Assembly (NCBI GenBank): GCA_964551345.1
Contig: CAZKDQ010000017.1
Span: forward strand, 1-34,114
Reading direction: 5' to 3'
DNA: 34,114 nucleotides
From: an uncultured Rhodothermales bacterium
Lineage (GTDB): Bacteria; Bacteroidota; Rhodothermia; Rhodothermales; CAZKDQ01
The notes under the pieces are model-generated. The model was given only the letters and a program-made list of their open reading frames with translations. It was not told the DNA's origin and searched no databases. Shown here in pieces: positions 16,308-24,520 of this stretch. A program made the position numbers and the translations under genes. Position 1 is the stretch's first letter. Each line of letters begins with the position of its first letter.

Positions 16308-16700
16308 ATGATTCGTGTATACATCATTGAGGATGATCCCATAATGCGCGAAATGCTTAACCTGCTGCTCGCGCGCAGGGATGACCTGACGGTAGCCGGG
16401 ATGGCATCCACCGGCGATGAAGCGCTTGACTCCTGGAACGCCGACGAGGTAGACGTCACGCTGCTTGACCTGTCCTTGCCGGGTACCAGAGGCCTGGAGG
16501 TCCTTCGGATTCTTAAGGAGCGCGCACCTGAGGCAACGGTCATTGTCATCTCCGGCACGCATCGCGTCGACGCGATGCGCGAAGTTCAGGAAGCCGGCGC
16601 GAATGGGTTCGTGTTGAAGGGCGATCCGAAAGATATCATCGCGGCAATCCACGGCGTCATGGACGGCGGGACCTATTTCGGCACGCCTGAACCTTTCTGA
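16308..16700 (+). CDS. stand-alone response-regulator receiver (REC) domain protein
   Basis: MIRVYIIEDDP...VTLLDLSLPG...VIVISG...GFVLKG contains the acidic pocket, the phospho-acceptor Asp, and the conserved Ser/Thr and Lys. No output domain fits before the stop. Confidence 0.85.
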   Translation: MIRVYIIEDDPIMREMLNLLLARRDDLTVAGMASTGDEALDSWNADEVDVTLLDLSLPGTRGLEVLRILKERAPEATVIVISGTHRVDAMREVQEAGANGFVLKGDPKDIIAAIHGVMDGGTYFGTPEPF

Positions 16701-16763
16701 CATTGTACGGGCACGCGTGTATTTTGCGGAGCATCCACCAGTCCTCTCAGTCTGCACGCATTC

Positions 16764-18092
16764 ATGACGAACTTCGCCCCCGCCGACCTGATCATCAAGA
16801 AACGAGACGGCGGAAAGCTCGATCCGTCTGAGATCCAGGCCCTCGTCGACGGCTACGTCTCGGGAGACGTTGCTGATTATCAGATGAGCGCGTTTCTCAT
16901 GGCCGGTTTCCTCAACGGTTTTGATGAGGAGGAGACGTTCGCCCTCACGCGGAGCATGCTTCATTCCGGCACCGTGCTCGATCTTTCGACCGTGCCCGGC
17001 ATTAAGGTCGACAAGCATTCGACGGGCGGAGTCGGAGACAAGATATCGCTCATTCTGGCACCCGTCGTTGCCGCATGCGGCGTACCCGTGCCGATGATTT
17101 CGGGTCGAGGCCTCGGCCACACGGGCGGCACGTTGGATAAGCTCGAATCCATTCCGGGCTTCAACGTCAATATGTCGCTCGACAGCTATCGCGCGCAGCT
17201 CGAGGATCTCGGCATCGTGTTGATCGGGCAGACGGACGACATCGCGCCCGCCGATCGCGGGCTCTACGCCTTGCGGGATGTCACGGGTACGGTTGAGCAC
17301 ATTCCATACATCGCGTCTTCCATCATGAGCAAGAAGCTTGCGGAAGGAATCGATGCGCTTGTGCTCGATGTCAAGTGCGGCCGCGGCGCGTTCATGAAAT
17401 CGGAAGCGGATGCCCGTCGCCTCGCCGAGACCCTCGTCTCGATCGGCCAGCGCTTCGAGAAGCAGACCGTCGCGCTGCTTACGCGCATGGATTCGCCGCT
17501 CGGATATGCCGTCGGCAACTGGCCGGAGACGCTCGAAGCGATTCGCTGCCTGCATGGTGATGTGGTGCCGGAAGTCACTGAACTGACGATCGCGCTCGCC
17601 GCAGAAATGATTCGTCTGGGCGGCGTCGCATCAACGACCGCAGAGGGTGCGGAACTGGCACGCGAGGCGCTCAATTCGGGTGCCGCACTGGACAAGTTCG
17701 CTGAAGTCGTAGAGGCGCAGGGCGGCGACAAAGGCGTCATCTACGACCCGCAAACGCGTAACGGCGGCGAACCTGCAGCCACCGTCACCTCCGTTGAAGA
17801 AGGCTACATCACGGATATCGACGCATTCGAAATTGGTCGGTCGGCGCTGCAACTCGGGGCGGGGCGACAGAAGAAAGAGGACGTGGTTGATCCACTGGCG
17901 GGCATCGTCTTTCTGAAGAAACCGGGCGAGTACGTTGAGAAGAATGAACCCGTCGCCCACCTGTTCACACAACGTGCTGACCGCATTTCCTCGACTCAGG
18001 ACATGGTGCTGAAGGCCATCCGGCTCGACGCTGAACCATCGCATCCGCAACCGATCGTAATGGACAGGTTTGAGGATGGGGAATGGTCTTGA
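16764..18092 (+). CDS. deoA: thymidine / pyrimidine-nucleoside phosphorylase
   Basis: Recognised from KKRDGGKL...YQMSAFLMA...VDKHSTGGVGDK...SGRGLGHTGGTLDKLESIPGF. Confidence 0.93.
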   Translation: MTNFAPADLIIKKRDGGKLDPSEIQALVDGYVSGDVADYQMSAFLMAGFLNGFDEEETFALTRSMLHSGTVLDLSTVPGIKVDKHSTGGVGDKISLILAPVVAACGVPVPMISGRGLGHTGGTLDKLESIPGFNVNMSLDSYRAQLEDLGIVLIGQTDDIAPADRGLYALRDVTGTVEHIPYIASSIMSKKLAEGIDALVLDVKCGRGAFMKSEADARRLAETLVSIGQRFEKQTVALLTRMDSPLGYAVGNWPETLEAIRCLHGDVVPEVTELTIALAAEMIRLGGVASTTAEGAELAREALNSGAALDKFAEVVEAQGGDKGVIYDPQTRNGGEPAATVTSVEEGYITDIDAFEIGRSALQLGAGRQKKEDVVDPLAGIVFLKKPGEYVEKNEPVAHLFTQRADRISSTQDMVLKAIRLDAEPSHPQPIVMDRFEDGEWS

Positions 18093-18180
18093 TGGGTAGT
18101 CTGGGTGTGGAGGTTTGGATGTGTGGGAAGAAAGAGAACGGGAAGTAGGGCCAGTTTGCGAGGTGCGGGAGGCAAGGGAA
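18091..18180 (+). other. G-rich / C-poor tract with many GGG runs
   Basis: I counted 44 G and 7 C in these 90 nt. There are nine G3+ runs between 18077 and 18205. Confidence 0.6.
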
Positions 18181-18343
18181 GTGCCTCTATTCGTGAGTAG
18201 GTTGGGCTGACGGCTACCCGCGGTGCCTGGCTCTGCGCGCATCTTTTCCACCATAAGTACCGTTATTACTCGTGGAGCACTGACACCGCCCGCTTGGGCA
18301 AGTATATTAGCCGCCGATAGATCCCTAACATCAGCGATTTCTT

Positions 18344-19111
18344 ATGTCACTCTGGACCCGCTTCACACGCGCTATTCGCTCTATCTTCGGGGGCGCCATC
18401 CAGGCGATGGAAGACCCGCGCCTGATCCTCGAACAGAACATTCGGGAGCTGAACGATCAGGTCCCGAAAATGAACGAGAACATCGCCACCGTTAAGGCGA
18501 ACGTCATCATGCTGCAGAAGGAGGTTCGGCGGCTGGAACGCGAGTCGGGCGATCTCACCTCGAAGATCAAAGCTGCCATTCAGGCCGAGCGGGACGACAT
18601 CGCCGCGCAGTATGCCATGCGCCTCGAGAAATCACGCGAGGCTTTGGCGCGCTCCAAGGAGCAACTCACGCACGCCTCAACGGCCTATGACAAGGCGCTC
18701 CAGGTTAAGAAAGCCTTTATGCGTGAGAAAGAGCGGAAGATCGAGGAAGCCAAGGAAGCCCTCCGCGCACACGAGCGCGCCAAATGGCAGGCACGCGTCG
18801 CAGACACGCTGGAACAGTTCGAAGTAGCCGGTGTGGATCAGACGCATGATGAAATGCTCCAGCGCATCAACGAGCAGACGGCGCGTAATGAGGCTCGGAT
18901 GGAGATGGCGCTTGACTCGGTCGATCGACAGGCAATTCAGATCGAAGAGGATGCCGAGGCAATTCGTGCATCCGAACTCGTGAAGCAGTTCAAACTGGAG
19001 ATGGGCCTGGGCGAGCAGGAGAAGGAATCGCGGCCGCGGGTTGATATTCCGGAAGAAGAGGCGGAAGGCGCACCGAAGACGATGGGCAGAGAACGGGGAC
19101 GAACCGAGTAA
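18344..19111 (+). CDS. pspA: PspA/IM30 (Vipp1) family membrane-stress protein
   Basis: N-terminal amphipathic helix MSLWTRFTRAIRSIFGGAIQAMEDPRLILEQNIRELNDQV, then long heptad-rich helices typical of PspA/IM30. Confidence 0.88.
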   Translation: MSLWTRFTRAIRSIFGGAIQAMEDPRLILEQNIRELNDQVPKMNENIATVKANVIMLQKEVRRLERESGDLTSKIKAAIQAERDDIAAQYAMRLEKSREALARSKEQLTHASTAYDKALQVKKAFMREKERKIEEAKEALRAHERAKWQARVADTLEQFEVAGVDQTHDEMLQRINEQTARNEARMEMALDSVDRQAIQIEEDAEAIRASELVKQFKLEMGLGEQEKESRPRVDIPEEEAEGAPKTMGRERGRTE

Positions 19112-19131
19112 CTGGATCTTGAGGCGAGGCC

Positions 19132-19575
19132 ATGACTCCGGAAGAATTTGAGCGGCTGAAGGCACGTGAACGCGAGCATTTGGAAAAAATGCGCGAGCTA
19201 AAGCGAGCCGTCGGTCAGCTCGAACGCCAGCGCTCCGTGGCAGACGCTCTGACGCGTCTCCAGAATGCGGCTCAGGATCTTATCGATCGCAATACCGACC
19301 TCGTCGATGACATCGCACGCGAAACAGCCTTTCTCGAAGCGCGGTCCGACATCGCTCTTGAGGAAGAGCGGCAGAAGCCGGCGTCCGATTCGGGCATCGC
19401 TGATGAAGAGCTTCAGCGGCTTCGGGCTCAGAAACTGATCGAGGAAATCAAGCAGGAATCTGCAACCACATCGGAGAAAGATGCGCCCGCCGAACCGCGA
19501 GCGGATCGTACCGTTGATAACGACGAACAGCGCGATCGGGATACGCCCGAGAAGACGATCGGGCGCATGCGCTAA
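19132..19575 (+). CDS. coiled-coil protein resembling the C-terminal half of PspA/IM30
   Basis: SVADALTRLQNAAQDLIDRNTDLVDDIARETAFLEARSDIALEE parallels RVADTLEQFEVAGVDQTHDEMLQRINEQTARNEARMEMALD in the preceding gene. An acidic, low-complexity tail follows. It starts 20 nt after pspA. Confidence 0.55.
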   Translation: MTPEEFERLKAREREHLEKMRELKRAVGQLERQRSVADALTRLQNAAQDLIDRNTDLVDDIARETAFLEARSDIALEEERQKPASDSGIADEELQRLRAQKLIEEIKQESATTSEKDAPAEPRADRTVDNDEQRDRDTPEKTIGRMR

Positions 19576-19626
19576 TGCATCATCGAGTTACGGCCGCAAT
19601 TCATCTCGCGGGTCGTTGAGCCATAC

Positions 19627-20481
19627 ATGAACGATCAAGACGTCAACTTCACGAAGGAAGCCTTTCTGAACCCGTACAACCTCGGGTTTCTGATCATGGC
19701 GATGCTCGTGGCATTCTTTCTCAGCGGCACCGAGCCATGGTTCAACATCATCCTGATCCTGGCGGCGGCGCTCGAGTTGATGTACCTCGGAATCGTACCG
19801 CGCGACGAACGCTTTCAGCGCGTCATTCGGTCGCGGCGCGCTCGCGAGCATGCGAAGCCACCATCACAGAAGGAGATTTTCCAGCTCCTGACGCGCGTCT
19901 CGCAGCGGCGGTATGCCCGGCTTCGAAAGCTGGAGAAGGACATCCGGGTGAATTACCGGAAGCTCAACTACACCGTGCAGGGGCTGCTTGATAGCCACCT
20001 GAAAAAGATCAACGGCCTCCTCGAATCCTACCTAAACCTGCTTTATCAAAAGGAGCGTTACGAGTACTCGCTTCAGAGCAACACCGAGAGCGAGATCGTA
20101 CGTGCCATCTCCGCCCTTCGCAGCGATATCGAAGACGATTCGCCGCGTGTACGAGCCATAAAGGAGCGGCGGCTTCATATCTTGCAGCAGCGGCTGGGAC
20201 GTTTCAAGAAGGGACGCGAAAACCTCGAGATCATCGAGGCGCAGCTCGAGACGGTGGAAGATGTCATTAAGTACATCCATGAACAATCGCTGACGCTTCG
20301 TAATCCTGAGGAGATTACGTTCCAGCTCGATACGCTGCTCAAGGAAGTCGAGGAGACGGAAGCTTCGGTACAGGAGCTTGAAGATGTCTTCACCCGGTCG
20401 ACGAATTTATTGGATGAACTCGAGTCGATCGACTTTGAATCGCCGCAATCTGAAGAGACGCGGTCGCGGTTGCGCGAATAG
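19627..20481 (+). CDS. 2-TM membrane protein with a ~200-aa cytoplasmic coiled-coil domain (family not recognised)
   Basis: Two hydrophobic segments (LGFLIMAMLVAFFLSG, WFNIILILAAALELMYLGIV) are followed by a long helical region rich in heptad-like repeats. It starts 51 nt after the previous ORF. Confidence 0.6.
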   Translation: MNDQDVNFTKEAFLNPYNLGFLIMAMLVAFFLSGTEPWFNIILILAAALELMYLGIVPRDERFQRVIRSRRAREHAKPPSQKEIFQLLTRVSQRRYARLRKLEKDIRVNYRKLNYTVQGLLDSHLKKINGLLESYLNLLYQKERYEYSLQSNTESEIVRAISALRSDIEDDSPRVRAIKERRLHILQQRLGRFKKGRENLEIIEAQLETVEDVIKYIHEQSLTLRNPEEITFQLDTLLKEVEETEASVQELEDVFTRSTNLLDELESIDFESPQSEETRSRLRE

Positions 20482-20567
20482 CTTTGCTACAAGATCAGGC
20501 GGCGGGGTGGACTTCCCGCGCGTCATCGGCTGAAAGTTTAATAGTCAAACGACACCCATTGCCCATC

Positions 20568-21350
20568 ATGGATTTCGAGACGCTGCTCTTCGATGCCGAC
20601 TCGGAAGGAATCGCCATCGTCACCATCAACCGGCCGGATAAGCTCAACGCGCTAAACCTCGACGTCATGAACGATCTCGAGGCGGCGTTTGAGGCCGTAA
20701 GCTCGGACGATGCGATTCGTGGCGTGATTTTGACGGGAGCCGGGGATCGCAGCTTTGTGGCTGGGGCAGACATTCGACAGTTCACTGACCTCGACGCACT
20801 CGATGGGCACCGATTTGCACTTCGGGGTCAGGCGATTTTCAATCTGATCGAGGAGACGCGAAAGCCGGTCATTGCAGCCGTCAATGGATTCGCACTTGGG
20901 GGTGGATGTGAACTTGCGCTTGCCTGTCACCTTCGGATCGCTTCCGAGAATGCTGTCTTCGGGCAACCGGAAGTCGGCCTTGGAATCATCCCGGGATATG
21001 GCGGAACGCAGCGACTTCCACGGCTCGTCGGGCGGGGTCTGGCGACGGAGCTCATTCTAACCGGCGCACAGGTCGACGCGCAGCGGGCGTATGAGATTGG
21101 TCTCGTCAATCGTGTGGTTGCGGGAGATGATCTGCTGAATGAGGCGCGCGTTATCGTTGCATCGATCACGTCAAAAGCTCCCCGTGCTGTTGAAATGGCT
21201 CTGGAGGCGATCCGCGCCTCGGATCTTCCTCTGCGCCAGGGCCTTCATTACGAGGCGTCTCTCTTCGGCCAGGCATGCGCGACAGAGGATTTCAAGGAAG
21301 GAGCCGCCGCATTCCTGGAACGTCGCAAACCAGCCTTCAGCGGCCGCTAA
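20568..21350 (+). CDS. enoyl-CoA hydratase / crotonase family protein
   Basis: Recognised from IAIVTINRPDKLNALN...ILTGAGDRSFVAGADI...AAVNGFALGGGCELALACHLRIA...FGQPEVGLGIIPGYGGTQRL. I prefer ATG 20568 over the tracked TTG 20484. Confidence 0.92.
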   Translation: MDFETLLFDADSEGIAIVTINRPDKLNALNLDVMNDLEAAFEAVSSDDAIRGVILTGAGDRSFVAGADIRQFTDLDALDGHRFALRGQAIFNLIEETRKPVIAAVNGFALGGGCELALACHLRIASENAVFGQPEVGLGIIPGYGGTQRLPRLVGRGLATELILTGAQVDAQRAYEIGLVNRVVAGDDLLNEARVIVASITSKAPRAVEMALEAIRASDLPLRQGLHYEASLFGQACATEDFKEGAAAFLERRKPAFSGR

Positions 21351-21398
21351 CGGCGAGTACGTCCGGGAGGCGCTGCCTGGCGCCGCTGCGGCCACCGC

Positions 21399-22670
21399 AT
21401 GGAATTCCTGGTCATCATCCTGCTGCTCCTTCTGAGCGCGTTCTTTCACGGCGCTGAGGCCGCCTTTGTGTCGTCCAACCGGCTCCGCGCTGAGATATCG
21501 ACGCTTCGCCCCGGCGCGACGACGACGGCCGTGCGTCACTTCTACGCTAATCCAGGCGAGGTGCTCAAGACGACGTTTGTCGGCAGCAGCATTACACTCA
21601 TCGTCTTTGCCACGCTCGTTTCGGTCTACGCTGCGTCACCGATTGCATCTTTTCTTGCTTCGATTCGTGGCCTTGGCGCAAGCTTCGTCGCGCTGCTGAC
21701 GTTCCTTGGCGTCGTCGTTGTCACATCAACTGCTCTACTGATCTTCGGCGTGCTCCTGCCGCGCGTCCTGATTCGGAGCGCACCTACTCGCGCACTTTTC
21801 CGCGCCGCGGTCCCACTCCGCATCGCCGGCTATCTCCTCCTTCCCGTAATTTGGTTGATCGAGGTCTCATCGGATGCCATCGCGCGTCTATCTCGGCTGC
21901 GCGGCGAGTCATTCGAGCAGATGATGCAGCGTGATTTCGAGTTGCGCGTAGCCGAAGGCCGTGATCGGGTGGAAGAGGATGAAGGTGTTGAACTGCTGGA
22001 AAACGTCCTCAACATGACCGACGTCCGGGTGAAGGAGTCGATGGTGCCGCGCACCGACATCATGGCCGTTTCCGAAAGTGCATCGATCGATGAGGTGCGC
22101 GCTCGCTTCGTTGAAACCGGGCTTTCTAAACTACCGGTCTACCGAGACAACCTTGACCGCATCGTAGGCACCGTATTCGCTCACGATCTGTTCGGTATGC
22201 CCCAATCGCTCGCGGACATCATCCGTCCGGCCCGCTACGTTCCGGAGTCAAAGCTTTCGAAGGCGCTGCTACGCGAATTCCTCGGTACGAGCACATCGAT
22301 CGCCATCGTGATTGACGAATATGGCGGGACAGCGGGCCTCGTCACGCGCGAGGATCTGCTCGAGGAATTATTCGGCGACATCCGCGACGAGTTTGATGCG
22401 GAGGAAGACATCATGCGCCAGGTCGGCGACAGTGTCTACATCGTCAGCGGCCGGGTGCGAATTGAGGAGCTAAATGATCGGTACGACCTTGACATCAAAG
22501 AAGGCGACTACGAGACGCTTGCTGGGTACGTTCTCGAGCAGACGGGCGCAATTCCATCGTTCGGCGAGGAGCTACAGATCGATCATCTGCAGATAACGGT
22601 GCTCAGGGCGACTTCAAACCGGCTCGACCTGATGAAGGTCGAGCGCCGTGGAGATGGATATCCTGCCTGA
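21399..22670 (+). CDS. CNNM/DUF21 + CBS pair + CorC_HlyC domain membrane protein (CorC/TlyC hemolysin-family)
   Basis: N-terminal 4-TM DUF21 region, then a CBS pair (VMVPRTDI...LPVYRDNLDRIVGTVFAHDL; AIVIDEYGGTAGLVTREDLLEELFGDI), then a C-terminal transporter-associated domain. Confidence 0.9.
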   Translation: MEFLVIILLLLLSAFFHGAEAAFVSSNRLRAEISTLRPGATTTAVRHFYANPGEVLKTTFVGSSITLIVFATLVSVYAASPIASFLASIRGLGASFVALLTFLGVVVVTSTALLIFGVLLPRVLIRSAPTRALFRAAVPLRIAGYLLLPVIWLIEVSSDAIARLSRLRGESFEQMMQRDFELRVAEGRDRVEEDEGVELLENVLNMTDVRVKESMVPRTDIMAVSESASIDEVRARFVETGLSKLPVYRDNLDRIVGTVFAHDLFGMPQSLADIIRPARYVPESKLSKALLREFLGTSTSIAIVIDEYGGTAGLVTREDLLEELFGDIRDEFDAEEDIMRQVGDSVYIVSGRVRIEELNDRYDLDIKEGDYETLAGYVLEQTGAIPSFGEELQIDHLQITVLRATSNRLDLMKVERRGDGYPA

Positions 22671-23231
22671 TCAGTCGTTGAAGCCGCGCCGGCCGAAGGC
22701 AAGTACGAGCTTCAGATGCGTCAACAGGATCGGCACGAGATCGAGTTTTGCCAGCCGCTCGGTTGGCGTCTCAGGCAGCCCCGGCGGACTGACGCGTCCC
22801 ATCCACAGCCCCATCTTGTCTTTCAAGACGACTTCTCCCGGAAAGGTGTCATGAGCGAAGTGCACCGAGTAGAACTCCTGCTTTCGCTGCAGTCGGCCGT
22901 AGATGGTTTCGGTGGAGTCAAGTAGCGACTCCTCCTGCTGAAGAATCATCGCGCCACCGATCAGATAGTCGCGATAGAGAAATGGAAGATCCATCAGCGG
23001 CTCGATGACGGCCGATGCGATGTCTGGATGATCACGAAGGCCGACTTCGGCCGCGCGCGCCGTTGTAACGGCAACGAGCGAGAGCGTCTCTTCCGCGACG
23101 ATCTCTGAATCCGCGTCAACGATTTCGTTGAGGCAAAGGCTCGCGAGCTCCTGGGTCGTGCCCAGCGCACCCATCGTAGCGAATGCCGTGAAACGCGCAA
23201 TACGAGCAGGCGACACGTCAAGCTGTTCCAT
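22671..23231 (-). CDS. hypothetical soluble protein downstream of floA (186 aa from ATG 23231; TTG 23258 is also possible)
   Basis: Open frame on the floA strand, 70 nt (from ATG 23231) or 43 nt (from TTG 23258) downstream of the floA stop. No TM segment and no motif I recognise. Confidence 0.55.
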   Translation of the reverse strand: MEQLDVSPARIARFTAFATMGALGTTQELASLCLNEIVDADSEIVAEETLSLVAVTTARAAEVGLRDHPDIASAVIEPLMDLPFLYRDYLIGGAMILQQEESLLDSTETIYGRLQRKQEFYSVHFAHDTFPGEVVLKDKMGLWMGRVSPPGLPETPTERLAKLDLVPILLTHLKLVLAFGRRGFND

Positions 23232-23301
23232 GACTCTTCTATCGACCCCAATCCCCAACCATTAACGACTCCCGGCGGAATTCACGATGGCGCCTACCGG
23301 C

Positions 23302-24294
23302 TCAGATCTTCTTCCGACCTGATTCACCTTCCTCCCCACCGATCGACTCGCGCATCTTGGTATCCGCCTGGATGTTGCGTAGCTGGTAGTAGTCCATAAC
23401 CCCCAGTTGCCCGTTGCGGAACGCCTCTGCGATTGCCCGCGGCACTTCGGCTTCTGCTGCGACGACGTTGGCTCGCTGCTCCTGCACGCTCGCACGCATC
23501 TCCTGCTCGTGCGCGACGGCTGCAGCACGACGTTCTTCAGCCTTCGCACGGGCAACCTGCAAATCGGCCTCGGCCTGATCCGTCTGAAGCTTTGCACCGA
23601 TGTTATCACCCACATCAACATCGGCTATGTCGATGGACAGGATTTCGTACGCCGTGCCCGCGTCCAGACCCTTCGACAGAACGACCTTTGAGATAGAGTC
23701 TGGATTCTCAAGCACTGCCGCGTGTGAGCTCGCCGAACCGATTGTAGAAACGATACCTTCGCCTACGCGGGCTATGATCGTCTCCTCACCCGCTCCACCA
23801 ACGAGGCGCTCGATGTTAGCGCGAACCGTGACCCGCGCGACGGCGATAAGCTGGATGCCGTCCCTCGCGATGGCCGAAATCGGTGGCGTCTCGATGACCT
23901 TCGGGTTGACCGAAACCTGCACCGCCTCGAAGACATCACGCCCTGCGAGATCGATGGCGGTCGCTCGAGCGAACGTCAGGTCGATATTGGCCTTATCCGC
24001 CGAGATGAGCGCGTTCACGACCTTCTGAACCTGGCCACCTGCGAGAAAGTGCGCCTCCAGTTGCGGCGTATCGACGTATATCCCCGCTTTATGGGCCGTG
24101 ATGAGCGGCTTGACAATCGTGGCTGGGGGAACGTTGCGCAGGCGCATACCCACGAGGTCACGCACCAACTTCAAGCGAACGCCGGAAAAGTAGGCCGTCA
24201 ACCATAACCTCACGGGAATGAAGTAGAGGAAGACGATGAAGAAAACTAGGACCGCGGCGATGATCAGCAGTCCGGTGACGTCGATTACTTCCAT
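23302..24294 (-). CDS. floA: flotillin-like protein FloA (UPF0365/YqfA, SPFH superfamily)
   Basis: N-terminal TM segment [31 protein letters not shown], then RLRNVPP..IV..LI.A.KAG..., and a C-terminal Ala/Glu-rich helix. Confidence 0.9.
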   Translation of the reverse strand: MEVIDVTGLLIIAAVLVFFIVFLYFIPVRLWLTAYFSGVRLKLVRDLVGMRLRNVPPATIVKPLITAHKAGIYVDTPQLEAHFLAGGQVQKVVNALISADKANIDLTFARATAIDLAGRDVFEAVQVSVNPKVIETPPISAIARDGIQLIAVARVTVRANIERLVGGAGEETIIARVGEGIVSTIGSASSHAAVLENPDSISKVVLSKGLDAGTAYEILSIDIADVDVGDNIGAKLQTDQAEADLQVARAKAEERRAAAVAHEQEMRASVQEQRANVVAAEAEVPRAIAEAFRNGQLGVMDYYQLRNIQADTKMRESIGGEEGESGRKKI

Positions 24295-24520
24295 ATCTGG
24301 ATCCGTGCGATGGTGCAGTGCTCCGGTGAAGGTCCGGTAGCCGATTGATGCACAAGTGGTTCGGCAGCAAAGGTGCCGAGCGAGCGGTTACAGCGTCTTC
24401 GGCGCGGCGGCACCGGGGTTGCAGGCATCCGGTTCGGCACGCCGCCTATCTATTGGAGTCGCCGATGCGTAACAACAAGATAACGGCACCCTCCCCGAAC
24501 GGCAACTCCTCCCTCCCTGT

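Noticed and set aside
16275-17555. 426-aa ORF on the minus strand spanning the REC gene and deoA
   Set aside because: It lies antisense to two genes with clear family signatures. The translation is Arg/Ala/Gly-rich with no motif. It is a typical shadow ORF of GC-rich DNA.
17631-18254. 207-aa minus-strand ORF covering the deoA 3' end and the G-rich spacer
   Set aside because: It mostly lies antisense to deoA. The remainder is simply the C-rich complement of the G-rich tract, and no family resemblance is visible.
24395-24440. GGCGGC...GCCGCC hairpin in the 226-nt spacer upstream of floA
   Set aside because: A stem can be drawn, but there is no U-tract on either strand and no recognisable riboswitch-like conservation. 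That is too weak to call.
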